Positions 1 to 9,186 of a stretch of 64,000 nt of DNA are shown piece by piece (the first letter of the stretch is position 1; every line of letters begins with the position of its first letter). Position numbers and translations under genes: made by a program. The notes below the pieces were generated by a model, which was not told the DNA's origin, did no database searches, and saw only the letters and a list, made by a program, of their open reading frames with translations. Origin of the DNA: Verrucomicrobiota bacterium. GTDB taxonomy: Bacteria; Verrucomicrobiota; Verrucomicrobiia; Opitutales; Cerasicoccaceae. The stretch spans positions 128,001 through 192,000 of the forward strand of contig JBCBUK010000009.1 in NCBI GenBank assembly GCA_039818205.1, given 5' to 3'.

Positions 1-103
1 CGCTCCGGAAGAAGTGGCGTCGGCTGTGCTCTACCTGTGTCGCGATGCCACCTGGACGACCGGCCAGAGCTTGGTGATGGATGGCGGATTTACCGTGCAG
101 TAA
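1..103 (+). CDS. SDR-family oxidoreductase, 3' end (partial)
   Basis: Frame from base 2 reads [33 protein letters not shown], the typical SDR C-terminus (PEEVA...TG..L.VDGG). Confidence 0.85.
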   Translation, partial: APEEVASAVLYLCRDATWTTGQSLVMDGGFTVQ

Positions 104-138
104 TGCTCGGTCAGCGAAGATAATAAAGGAATATTTAA

Positions 139-1623
139 ATGACACCCACACGCACAGTAGCGCTGGTCGGAAGACCCAACGTCGGCAAGAGCCGTTTGTT
201 TAATCGGATTCTCGGACGGCGCGTGGCCATCGTGCACGACATGCCCGGCGTTACCCGGGATTTGGCGATGGCCGAGGTCGACAACGACTTCTTGCTCGTG
301 GACACTGGAGGAATTGGCATCAAGCCGGAGATGACTCCAGCGGCCATCCATGATGCGACCGAAGAGCAGGTCGACCTCGCTATTCAAGCAGCGAATCTCA
401 TTTTGTTCGTTGTGGAGGGGCCCAGTGGGGTTACCGCGATTGATTTCGAGATCGCCGATAAACTCCGACGTTCCGGCAAGGAAGTCCTAACTGTCGTCAA
501 CAAGATTGATTGCCAGCGCAGCGGCAACCTTCCGACCGAGGATTTCAAAAGACTCGGGTTTCGCGACACGATGTATGTGTCTGCGGAGCATGGAACGGGC
601 TCGCGTGAGCTTTTTCAGGAGATTCTAAATGCACTTGGCCCCAAGCCGCCAGTTGAAGAGGTCGACGAAGATCGCCGAATCAAAATCTGCCTCTGTGGGC
701 GCCCGAATGTTGGGAAATCATCGCTAGGGAACGCCCTCCTGAAAGCCCCGCGTTTGATCGTCAGTGATATCTCAGGAACTACTCGAGACGCCATTGAGCA
801 CGACTTGGACTACACTTCAAGAACGGGTGATGAGTGGAAGTTTCGCCTGATTGATACCGCCGGGATGCTGCCCAAACGCAAACTGGGCACCTCGCTGGAT
901 TACTTCTCGAACCTCCGTTCATCGAGTGCGATTGGGCGGGCTGATGTTGCCTTTCTGATCCTCGATGCACTCACCGGTGTTGCCAAACACGACAAGAAAA
1001 TTGCCGGTGAGATTGCCGAAGCTGGAGTCGGTCTGGTTGTTGTTGTCAACAAGTGGGATTTGGCGCTTGAGAGTTTCCGTAGTCAGCCGATGCAGGGCTA
1101 TAGCAGTGAAAAAGAATTTCGTGCAGCCTTCGCCGAAGCGGTCCGGGAAGAACTCTTCTTCTTGCCGAACTCGCCGATCCTGTTTACCTCCGCAACAACC
1201 GGTTTCCACGTGGAAGATATTCTCAGCGCGGCGGTCACGGTGGATACAACGATGGATCTCGAGTTGCCAACGGCGAAGGTAAATAAGACCTTGCTCGATC
1301 TGATGGAGCGCCAACGCCCGAAGATCGTCGGTGGTCGCCGGTTCAAGGTCTATTACGGACTGCAGGTGGCCAAGCGTCCATTTCGTATTCGACTCTTCTG
1401 CAATAGGGAGGAGAAACTCGATGACAGTTATTTCCGCTATTTGCAAAATGGATTCCACAAGGAGTTCCGCTTGGAGGGGTGTCCGGTTCGATTCGACCTG
1501 CGTGGCAAACCGCAGGAGAACCCGTACTACTCACCAAACACCTCGCAAAACAAGGGTAACAACACCTTGAACAAGCACGGTATGGGCACTCCACGCCGTA
1601 CTGCCCGTAGGGGAAAAAAGTAG
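139..1623 (+). CDS. der: Ribosome biogenesis GTPase Der/EngA
   Basis: Two GTPase domains (GRPNVGKS twice, DTGG/DTAG, NKID/NKWD) and a C-terminal KH-like domain. Confidence 0.97.
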   Translation: MTPTRTVALVGRPNVGKSRLFNRILGRRVAIVHDMPGVTRDLAMAEVDNDFLLVDTGGIGIKPEMTPAAIHDATEEQVDLAIQAANLILFVVEGPSGVTAIDFEIADKLRRSGKEVLTVVNKIDCQRSGNLPTEDFKRLGFRDTMYVSAEHGTGSRELFQEILNALGPKPPVEEVDEDRRIKICLCGRPNVGKSSLGNALLKAPRLIVSDISGTTRDAIEHDLDYTSRTGDEWKFRLIDTAGMLPKRKLGTSLDYFSNLRSSSAIGRADVAFLILDALTGVAKHDKKIAGEIAEAGVGLVVVVNKWDLALESFRSQPMQGYSSEKEFRAAFAEAVREELFFLPNSPILFTSATTGFHVEDILSAAVTVDTTMDLELPTAKVNKTLLDLMERQRPKIVGGRRFKVYYGLQVAKRPFRIRLFCNREEKLDDSYFRYLQNGFHKEFRLEGCPVRFDLRGKPQENPYYSPNTSQNKGNNTLNKHGMGTPRRTARRGKK

Positions 1624-1684
1624 AGGTCCATTGGCAAATGCTCTTTAATCGGGTAGTGTCTAGATCACCAACTAGACAATTGCC

Positions 1685-2539
1685 ATGAGTGAGCTGATTA
1701 TGCCTGAAGAGCGGCATTTCGAATGGTCGTTGAAGACTATACCGACGACACATTTCGAAATCGTTAAAAAGGAAAACGGACAATTCTGCGTTGTCCTTAA
1801 CCATTCGCTGTTACGTGGATGCACGTCGGAAATGATTCATTGGTGGTTTCTTCATTTTGCCAAAATGAAGGTGAAACTCATCGATATTCCTGGCTATGAA
1901 TCGAAGACGGTTCCCGCCTACTATCTTTGGCACCCTTCCGATCATTATGGCGTGTCGTTGAGCGGGGAGCTAGGGCCTGGGGATACCGCTAAAGCCGGAG
2001 CGTCCATTCATATCCAGGAGGCGATGCAATATCTGAAACACGGGTGGAAGTATCCGGTAGATAACAAACTGAAGATTTTTTATTGTGGGCCGGATGGCTG
2101 GGCGATGGGAAAGGCAATCCCGTTTCTGGGTAAGGTGATGGTTTTGCGGATTCACTATAAAGATGTGTACGACGCTCAGACCGTTGTTGGCGTTCATTAT
2201 CACTACGAGATTGTGATCGGTGCGCCTGGCAATCATGCTCTGGTAAGATTTGTGAACCAAAAGATCGGGTCTCACTTTTCGACGGAGTTTTTCGAAGCCT
2301 GGCATCTACACAACGTCATCGAAGTGGGAACCTTTGAGAATTTTCTTCCCGCGCTTTTTGCCCAACGGGATGATCGACAAAATCTAGCGTATTCGAAGGA
2401 CATGAATCCAATTGGGCCGGATGCGAATGAGCAGGTGGGCTTTGATCAAGCGCTCTTTGAAAAACGGGTCCAGGGCTACCGAGATTCGGTCGATGCCCAT
2501 GAGTTCCAAGGTTGGGAGCAGCCAACGTTTTTGGTTTAG
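1685..2539 (+). CDS. DAPG hydrolase (PhlG)-like protein
   Basis: GCTSEMIHWWF, YYLWHPSDH and HNVIE..FENFLPALF resemble PhlG-family motifs, including putative metal ligands. Confidence 0.6.
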   Translation: MSELIMPEERHFEWSLKTIPTTHFEIVKKENGQFCVVLNHSLLRGCTSEMIHWWFLHFAKMKVKLIDIPGYESKTVPAYYLWHPSDHYGVSLSGELGPGDTAKAGASIHIQEAMQYLKHGWKYPVDNKLKIFYCGPDGWAMGKAIPFLGKVMVLRIHYKDVYDAQTVVGVHYHYEIVIGAPGNHALVRFVNQKIGSHFSTEFFEAWHLHNVIEVGTFENFLPALFAQRDDRQNLAYSKDMNPIGPDANEQVGFDQALFEKRVQGYRDSVDAHEFQGWEQPTFLV

Positions 2540-2551
2540 CTGAAGCGGTGC

Positions 2552-2582
2552 AAAAAAAAGCGGCCTCCCATGGAAGCCGCTT
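2552..2582 (-). terminator. Rho-independent terminator between convergent genes
   Basis: Stem AAGCGGC...GCCGCTT preceded by an A8 run, which is a U-tract for the minus-strand FKBP gene. Confidence 0.8.
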
Positions 2583-2605
2583 AGAAATTGGATTTAAGAG
2601 ATCTT

Positions 2606-3283
2606 CTAGCTCTCTGGGTTGATCTCGATCATCTCAACCTCGAAAATCAACGTACCGTTTGGTGGGATACCGCTGCCTGGAGGAGGGGTTGGACCGTAAC
2701 CGAGGTTGCCAGGGATGTAGAGCTTCACCTTGCCACCTTTGCCAACGAGCTGAACACCTTCACCAAAGCCTTTGACGACGCCGCCGACTGGGAATGTTGC
2801 TGGCTCGCCACGCTTGTAGGAGCTGTCGAATTCGGTGCCATCTACGAGGCTACCTGCGTAGTGAACCTTGACGGAATCGTCCGCACTGGCACGGCCTTCT
2901 TCACCTTCTTCGATGATCTCATAGTAAAGACCGGTTGGGCTCTTCTTGACGTCTGGGTTCTTTGCCAAGTCTTCGAAGAACGATGCCGACTTCTTTTCCT
3001 GGATCTTGGTCACACGCTCTTGGAGGTAAGCTTGGACCTGCTGAGCCATGGCTTGCTTGTCCTCAGGGCCTTCGTCGCCAGCCAAAGCTGATTTGACGCC
3101 CTTGATGAAAGCTTCTTGCTCTTCCGCATTCAGGTCGAGGGCGTTAACATTTTGGGCGAGGAACCAGCCGTAATTTTCTAACATAACATCAGGTGAGGAA
3201 TCCTGTTCAGATTGAGCCTGAACAGCGAAAGGGATTGCCAGCAGGGCTGCAACTGCGAGGTTTCTGAGGTGGTATTTCATCAT
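2606..3283 (-). CDS. FKBP-type peptidyl-prolyl isomerase (FkpA/Mip-like), exported
   Basis: Signal peptide, FKBP_N helix, VKVHYAGSLVDGTEFDSSY and IPPNGTLIFEVEM. Confidence 0.95.
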   Translation of the reverse strand: MMKYHLRNLAVAALLAIPFAVQAQSEQDSSPDVMLENYGWFLAQNVNALDLNAEEQEAFIKGVKSALAGDEGPEDKQAMAQQVQAYLQERVTKIQEKKSASFFEDLAKNPDVKKSPTGLYYEIIEEGEEGRASADDSVKVHYAGSLVDGTEFDSSYKRGEPATFPVGGVVKGFGEGVQLVGKGGKVKLYIPGNLGYGPTPPPGSGIPPNGTLIFEVEMIEINPES

Positions 3284-3445
3284 AAGCGGGCGATACTTAG
3301 TGTTGTGGCCGGAAGGTCAACGGAATTTCCGCGCCTCGGACCGGTCGGTTTCGGTTTCGTGTTTTAGAGACACCCGATCCGGATTTGTTCCCGGAAAAGG
3401 TGCATTTACGATCATTTAACGCCGCCCCGCGGAAGATTATTCAAA

Positions 3446-4102
3446 TTATTCGCCAATTAATGCCAACATCGCGCTGTAATCGAGATCGCTGAGGCGGTTG
3501 ACCTTCATATGGGCGCCCTCAAGGTCGTCAATTGGGTGGGTTGTGGCGACGCCGACCACCTGCATGCCGCCTCGGAGACCAGCCTCGATTCCGTAGTGCG
3601 CGTCCTCGAATACGATGCAGCGCGCTGGCTCGCGATTGATTTTCTGGGCTGCAATTAGAAACACCTCGGGGTCCGGCTTGCCGTGGTGAACGTCTTCGGC
3701 TGCCGTGATGTCGGCGAAATACTCCCGCACACCGAGGACATCCATGACGGTCTCGGCGTTGATGCGTGGAGTCGACGTGCCAACCACGCAGGGGATCTCT
3801 TTCTCTTGGAAAAATTTTAGGAGCTCGCGGATGCCCGGTAGCGCCTCAATGCCCTCGGCCTTGATAATTTCGCGATAGAGCGCTTCTTTGCGGGCGCCGA
3901 GTTCTTCGATTTCCTCGGGATCCTGGGTCCAGTTGAGCAGATTCGGGATGATGTATTGATTCTTTCGACCAAAGCCTTTTTTGAAGTGATCGTCGGGAAG
4001 AAACAACTTTCGTTCCTCCGCCAACATTTCCCAGCTGCGCTCGTGCGCAGCGGAGGAATCAATCACGACGCCATCCCAATCAAAAATTGCTCCAATATTC
4101 AT
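3446..4102 (-). CDS. HAD-family phosphatase (beta-PGM/CbbY-like)
   Basis: FDWDGVVIDS, KPDPEVF and FEDA motifs. Confidence 0.92.
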   Translation of the reverse strand: MNIGAIFDWDGVVIDSSAAHERSWEMLAEERKLFLPDDHFKKGFGRKNQYIIPNLLNWTQDPEEIEELGARKEALYREIIKAEGIEALPGIRELLKFFQEKEIPCVVGTSTPRINAETVMDVLGVREYFADITAAEDVHHGKPDPEVFLIAAQKINREPARCIVFEDAHYGIEAGLRGGMQVVGVATTHPIDDLEGAHMKVNRLSDLDYSAMLALIGE

Positions 4103-4164
4103 GGCGCAATGGGCTAACGAAGCGCGGTGTCGGGGGCTAGATTAAAATGCGATGAAGCCGAAAT

Positions 4165-4782
4165 CTACTCAAACTGTCGGGCATAATCCAACTGCGAGGC
4201 TTCGTGGGGTAAGCCGTTTTTCTCTGCAAAATTGACGGATGCCTCGAGGTATTCCACGAATTGATCGCGGGGCAAATTGGCCCGTGCTGAGCCCGCATCG
4301 GTAACCGCCACCATCAGGCCCTTGGTCGGGTGTTCGTAAAAATACCAGAGAATTGGGAGACCGATGGTGCGGCTTTCGTCAATGTGATAGCCGAACTGCT
4401 TTGAATCGTTCTCACCCCTTGGGCCCAGGTGTGATAACCACAATCGCAAACTGGGAACGCCGCCGCTTCCGTCAAACTTCGTCTTGGGGAGGAACTTCAT
4501 GTTGCTAACGATATTAACGCTCTGGTTCCCCAAAAACTCCGGTTGATTTGACCAATAGAGCATCGCAACGTCGCCAGCTGGAAGCGCCTGGTTTTCTTCG
4601 AAATAGGCATCTAGAGCCGTAGTCATTGAATCGGAGATGATCTGGATCCGCTCCTCGTAGCCGTTCCCGACATAGTCATCCATCCAGTTCATGAATAGAC
4701 TGCCAGCGATAAATACGATCACCACGATGATGATTGCGAGGACGATTTGGCGGCGGCTGAATCTGGATGCGGTGTCGGACAT
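4165..4782 (-). CDS. Hypothetical protein with N-terminal TM helix, possibly pilin/pseudopilin-like
   Basis: FSRRQIVLAIIIVVIVFIAG hydrophobic start and ALDAYFEENQALP motif; no canonical G|F...E cleavage site. Confidence 0.5.
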   Translation of the reverse strand: MSDTASRFSRRQIVLAIIIVVIVFIAGSLFMNWMDDYVGNGYEERIQIISDSMTTALDAYFEENQALPAGDVAMLYWSNQPEFLGNQSVNIVSNMKFLPKTKFDGSGGVPSLRLWLSHLGPRGENDSKQFGYHIDESRTIGLPILWYFYEHPTKGLMVAVTDAGSARANLPRDQFVEYLEASVNFAEKNGLPHEASQLDYARQFE

Positions 4783-4853
4783 GGTGATAAATCGGTTGCG
4801 TTAGACAAACCGATGAGCGTAGAATCAAATTTCGAATCTCAACCACTACCGTC

Positions 4854-5336
4854 ATGCGCTACATGATCAAAGAAAAATTCTGGTCGATGGGAGACGACTT
4901 CGACATTTTGGACGCCGCCGGCCAGCCAGCCTTCCATGTTGATGGCAAAGCGTTTTCTTGGGGAGACAAGCTCTCGTTCCAGGATATGTATGGGCAGGAG
5001 CTCGCTTTCATCAGCCAGAAAATGTTTTCCTTTAAGCCGCGTTATGAGATCCATCGCGGCGGCGAGTTGTTTGCCGAGGTCACAAAAGAATTCTCTTGGT
5101 TCAATCAAGAGTTCACCCTCGATGTCCCCGGGCCCAATGATTATTCCATCAATGGGAAATTCTGGGCGCACGCCTACGAGTTCTTCCGCGGAGGCAACCC
5201 CGTCGCTCACGTATCCAAAACCTGGGCGTGGACGGATTGCTACGGAGTCGACATAATCGACGGTGAGGACGACATCGCGATTCTCTGCGCCGCCATCGTA
5301 ATCGACCAAGTCCTCCACGACGAGAAAGACGATTAG
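4854..5336 (+). CDS. LURP-one/scramblase (Tubby C-like) family protein
   Basis: MRYMIKEKFWSMGDDFDI.D...AFHVDGK and C-terminal AIVID motif. Confidence 0.88.
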   Translation: MRYMIKEKFWSMGDDFDILDAAGQPAFHVDGKAFSWGDKLSFQDMYGQELAFISQKMFSFKPRYEIHRGGELFAEVTKEFSWFNQEFTLDVPGPNDYSINGKFWAHAYEFFRGGNPVAHVSKTWAWTDCYGVDIIDGEDDIAILCAAIVIDQVLHDEKDD

Positions 5337-5498
5337 GCACTTTAGGTTCGAGCAGTTCCTTCGATTTTCCGTCCGGGAGCGCTGCGGGAATTTGTGGTGA
5401 TGCCCTGGGATCGCTAGCCAAACGCAACCATTGGGTTTCGATTGGAGAATATCGTTGCCTCGATTCGGCGGGCTCTTATCACCTGAGGCTCCTCAAAT

Positions 5499-6113
5499 TT
5501 GATGCTATTCTATATGTTTTCCTCACGTAGTTTCTACCTGTCTTTGCTTGCTGGATTCTCTCTAGTCTTCGCTGGCTGCACAACGCCGACTATTCCTGAC
5601 CAACAGCGCACGGCATTGGAGCAATTGGTCAATTCGACTGCGGTCGACAAATCGATCGAGCAGTTCTCAATTCCAGAGGTCGACGGCCGCAAAGTCTATT
5701 TCGATGGCCGATACATCGAGGGCTATGACGAGGGCTACGTGATCGCGTCGTTGCGCGATCTGCTGAGTCGGAGTGGTGCCCACTTGGTCGAGTATCGTGA
5801 ACAGGCCGACATGGTCGTCGAAGGCCGTAGCGGCGCACTTGGCTTCGACTTGAGTGATGCCCTTGTTGGTATCCCGTCGCTCGCTATGGCATTTCCTGGC
5901 CTGGGTGGCTTCCAGACGCCTGAACTGGCCCTCTATAAGAACGTCAACGCCGACGGCGTCGCCAAATTGGCGCTGCTTGGTTACGAGCGCGAGGGTGGGG
6001 CACCTGTCTTTTCAACTGGCGCCATCGCTGGTGATTCCTATTTCTACCACTACAGCTTCCTGTTGATTATCGATATCAACTTCACCGATATTCCCGAGCG
6101 CGACGATTACTAG
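5499..6113 (+). CDS. Putative lipoprotein (DUF6655-like)
   Basis: Lipobox FAGC followed by RTALEQLVNSTAVD; the DUF assignment is from memory. Confidence 0.6.
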   Translation: MMLFYMFSSRSFYLSLLAGFSLVFAGCTTPTIPDQQRTALEQLVNSTAVDKSIEQFSIPEVDGRKVYFDGRYIEGYDEGYVIASLRDLLSRSGAHLVEYREQADMVVEGRSGALGFDLSDALVGIPSLAMAFPGLGGFQTPELALYKNVNADGVAKLALLGYEREGGAPVFSTGAIAGDSYFYHYSFLLIIDINFTDIPERDDY

Positions 6114-6160
6114 TCTCAGCAGCCATAAACGTGGCCCGCTGATCATCGATGCGAGAATAC

Positions 6161-6793
6161 CTATTTCCCCTCGCGGGCGAATCGGCGAATCGTGTCGCCA
6201 ACGGTGTCAGGGATCGCGATGGGAATCTCTTGCTGGGCGAAGGTCTCGCGGATGTTTTCGTCGAAGTTGCGCATGTATGGGACGCAGAGAATCACCGCAT
6301 CAATCATGGGCAGGCTGCGGAGAATGATTAGTTGGCCCAAGGTGACGTTGTAGCGGCCTTGGAGCTTGTGTTTACACTCCAGGGCAATCTGGACCTCACG
6401 CCCGGACTCAGGATCGGTATATTTGACGAGGAAATCTGTCCGTAGGTTGGCCACGGTCGAGTAGCGGGTGAATGCAAGGCCTTCCTCTTCAAGGATCTGC
6501 TCGATGTCGTCCTCGAAATCAATCGAAGCTGCCTTGGCGGCGGAATATTGCCCGCCCGCGTTGATGGCCGACTGCAAGTTGACGTCCTGTACCTGTGGAG
6601 TGGGGACCGTGGGAGTCGCAATTCCATCGCTCAAAAGCTCAGATTTTTGCCCATTCAGTTCAGCCTCAACACATAGCGTAACGTAACGACTGAATGACAA
6701 TCCAATACCGCGCGCACGTTCACTAGCTCGGCTGCGCAAGTCAGGATGGAAGGAAACGCCTACCGTTTTATGTTTTTGTGTGTCTTGCGGCAT
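6161..6793 (-). CDS. Ribbon-helix-helix + PD-(D/E)xK nuclease-like domain protein
   Basis: N-terminal KTVGVSFHPDLRSRASERARGIGLSFSRYV (RHH pattern); C-terminal FEDDI...RTDFLV...IALECK. Alternative start at 6826. Confidence 0.6.
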   Translation of the reverse strand: MPQDTQKHKTVGVSFHPDLRSRASERARGIGLSFSRYVTLCVEAELNGQKSELLSDGIATPTVPTPQVQDVNLQSAINAGGQYSAAKAASIDFEDDIEQILEEEGLAFTRYSTVANLRTDFLVKYTDPESGREVQIALECKHKLQGRYNVTLGQLIILRSLPMIDAVILCVPYMRNFDENIRETFAQQEIPIAIPDTVGDTIRRFAREGK

Positions 6794-6926
6794 ATTTTTT
6801 CGATTTTCAGTGAATTTATTATCCATAAAGCGTTGATTTATATGGACTTAATTAAAATAATAAATTTTAGATAATTAATAAATTATTGTTGCGTTTAGTG
6901 CAGAAACTTGGGACTATTTGTTCACC
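6794..6926. promoter_or_regulatory. AT-rich divergent promoter/operator region
   Basis: Very AT-rich; TAATAAATT at 6858-6866 and 6876-6884 and inverted at 6813-6821; TCCATA/TATGGA inverted pair at 6822-6846. Confidence 0.6.
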
Positions 6927-7118
6927 ATGAAAACAGTAAAAAACCACACTGTCAACGTTTCGATTTCACTACCCAAGAAGCTCCGTGACGGGGCGAAAAT
7001 CGCGGCTCGCTGTGAGCATCGCACGGTCTCTGGGTTAGTTGCCTTTTTGCTGGAACATCACCTTTCGGACAACGGCTATATCCCGGCCAACAAGCGCACC
7101 ACCTCGCTTTCCCGCTAA
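6927..7118 (+). CDS. Small ribbon-helix-helix (CopG/Arc-like) regulator
   Basis: VNVSISLPKKLRDGAKIAARCEHRTVSGLVAFLLE: alternating beta-strand followed by two helices. Confidence 0.7.
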   Translation: MKTVKNHTVNVSISLPKKLRDGAKIAARCEHRTVSGLVAFLLEHHLSDNGYIPANKRTTSLSR

Positions 7119-7143
7119 CCATTTTTCCGACCTGATTTTTGCT

Positions 7144-7503
7144 ATGATGCTCATCCCACAAACCCATTTTCATTCCCTGATCGACGAGGACAAGGAATGG
7201 TATTCCGTTCAGGATGTTGCGGCCATCATTGGTCGCACCGATCAGTATGTCCGCGACTGTTTTGACAACGGTCACCTGCTTGGCCACCGCTTAGTTGGTC
7301 GCAGTCGGAATGGAGCCAGCGGTCGTCGCTCTTACCAAGTGCATCGTGATGGCCTGGTACTTTACCTCCTGGAAACCGCTAACTACGAACCGGAGGATTT
7401 TATGGAGCGCGTCGCAAGTATACTCAGCAAGCGCCACCCGGATGAGATCCAGGCAATTGCTGAGCAAGCCATTTCGACGGGGCGCCGGCGTCGGCGTTTC
7501 TGA
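7144..7503 (+). CDS. Helix-turn-helix (excisionase/MerR-like) DNA-binding protein
   Basis: WYSVQDVAAIIGRTDQYVRDCFDNGHL...YQVHRDGL matches the HTH_17/Xis-type pattern. Confidence 0.65.
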   Translation: MMLIPQTHFHSLIDEDKEWYSVQDVAAIIGRTDQYVRDCFDNGHLLGHRLVGRSRNGASGRRSYQVHRDGLVLYLLETANYEPEDFMERVASILSKRHPDEIQAIAEQAISTGRRRRRF

Positions 7504-7558
7504 GCTTTTGAAACACTCAGACGCCATACTTACGACTACGCCTGATCATTCCTATTCT

Positions 7559-7921
7559 TTAAGGGCTCCAGTAGGAGAAATAGAAAAGATTTCCTTTCTT
7601 TTCGATCGTAGCTTCTTCACTGGACTCACTTGTATATCTATCCTTGAGCTGGCTCTGGATCAGCGCACTATCCTCTTCTGAGGCAGAGAAGGTGATCTCC
7701 ATCCAATCACCAGTCATGCTTGTCATGCCCTTCACATCGTGGATCTGAACGCTTACAGGCTTCGGATCCAAAATAAAGGCTGTGAAAGCCCGGTTGGCAT
7801 CATTAATTGTCCAAGATTTAGTCGTGCCTGGATAGATAAAAAAAGTGAAGGCGAAGAAAGCGAAAAAAGCAGCTCCGCAAATCAGCGCAGAAACAAATAA
7901 CCTCTTCAGGATTTTATTCAC
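7559..7921 (-). CDS. Hypothetical membrane-anchored protein
   Basis: GTG start just after the carA stop; N-terminal hydrophobic helix. Confidence 0.55.
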   Translation of the reverse strand: MNKILKRLFVSALICGAAFFAFFAFTFFIYPGTTKSWTINDANRAFTAFILDPKPVSVQIHDVKGMTSMTGDWMEITFSASEEDSALIQSQLKDRYTSESSEEATIEKKGNLFYFSYWSP

Positions 7922-7937
7922 TTTCCAGCCGTGCCGC

Positions 7938-9095
7938 TTAGGCCTTGGATTTGGCAACTAGCTCGTAGAACTGCTGGAAGAGTGGATCGGCGTCGTTGGG
8001 CCCGGGAGCGGCTTCGGGGTGATACTGTACACTGAAAATGGGCAGATCCTTATGCCGAAGGCCTTCAACGGTGTCGTCGTTCAGATTGATTTCCGTCACG
8101 ACGGCTCCACGGTTTTCCAGGTCTTCGCGCTTCGCCGCGAATCCGTGATTCTGAGCAGTGATTGCGACCGTTCCAGTTTCCAAATTCTTGACGGGCTGAT
8201 TCCCACCGCGGTGACCAAACTTGAGCTTATAAGTCGGGGCGCCGAGGGCGTGAGTGATGACCTGGTGCCCGAAACAGATACCGAAGGTTGGGTAATCTTG
8301 CATGACCTTTGCCACCGTCTTGTGGGCATAGGTTACGGCGGCCGGGTCTCCAGGACCGTTGCTGAGGAAGAGGCCATCTGGGTTCAGCTCAGCAATTTGT
8401 TCTGGGCTGGCATCGGCCGGGAGAACCCAGACATCGAAGCCGTGCATCTTCAATTTGCGATAAATGGAACGCTTGGCGCCAAAATCGAGCGCGACTGCCT
8501 TGAAGACGGGGCCGTCCTGCGGCGCGGGATATAGTTTGGTGCCCGGAACCGTAAATTGTTCAATTTTCGTGTCGGGCTCGAAATGGTAGGGCTCCTTGGC
8601 GGTCACGGCTTTCACGTAGTCAACACCGACGAGGCCGGTCCAATCCTTGGCCTTAGAAACGGCCTCCTCATCGCTCAAGCCTTCGGTGGAGAGGCAGGCG
8701 CTCATCGCCCCGGCGACGCGCAGGCGCTTGGTGATTGCGCGGGTGTCGACGCCTTCTAGACCTGGAATGTCGTTACGGCTTAAATACTCGGGCAAGGACT
8801 CCACGCTGCGCCAGTTGCTAACAACCGGGCTGAGGTCGCGGACGACAAATCCAGCTGCCTTCGGGCCATCGGATTCTTCATCCTCCGGGTTCACGCCATA
8901 GTTGCCGATTTGGACGGCTGTCATGGTGACGATCTGTGCGTAGTAGGATGGATCCGTGAGGATTTCCTGATAGCCAGTCATCGAGGTATTAAAAACGGCT
9001 TCGCCAACCACGGTGCGCGAGGCACCGAAGGCGCGTCCACGAAAAATAGTCCCATCTTCCAGGGCGAGTACAGCGTTGTGTGAGTCGTCTGACAT
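7938..9095 (-). CDS. carA: Carbamoyl-phosphate synthase small subunit
   Basis: GEAVFNTSMTGYQEILTDPSY, LSNGPGDP, GICFGHQ and QYHPEAAPGP. Confidence 0.97.
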   Translation of the reverse strand: MSDDSHNAVLALEDGTIFRGRAFGASRTVVGEAVFNTSMTGYQEILTDPSYYAQIVTMTAVQIGNYGVNPEDEESDGPKAAGFVVRDLSPVVSNWRSVESLPEYLSRNDIPGLEGVDTRAITKRLRVAGAMSACLSTEGLSDEEAVSKAKDWTGLVGVDYVKAVTAKEPYHFEPDTKIEQFTVPGTKLYPAPQDGPVFKAVALDFGAKRSIYRKLKMHGFDVWVLPADASPEQIAELNPDGLFLSNGPGDPAAVTYAHKTVAKVMQDYPTFGICFGHQVITHALGAPTYKLKFGHRGGNQPVKNLETGTVAITAQNHGFAAKREDLENRGAVVTEINLNDDTVEGLRHKDLPIFSVQYHPEAAPGPNDADPLFQQFYELVAKSKA

Positions 9096-9186
9096 TAACC
9101 GGCAGACAAAAGACCCCAGCCGCATTTCGCGCAAGCGGAAAAGGTGCGAACTAGACTTATTTCCATTTTCAGGCTAACGAGAGGGG

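Noticed and set aside
1202..1217. parS-like palindrome (TTCCACGTGGAA core) in der, and a weaker one near 26402-26417
   Set aside because: Only 13/16 and 12/16 matches to TGTTCCACGTGGAACA, both inside coding sequence and explicable by codons.
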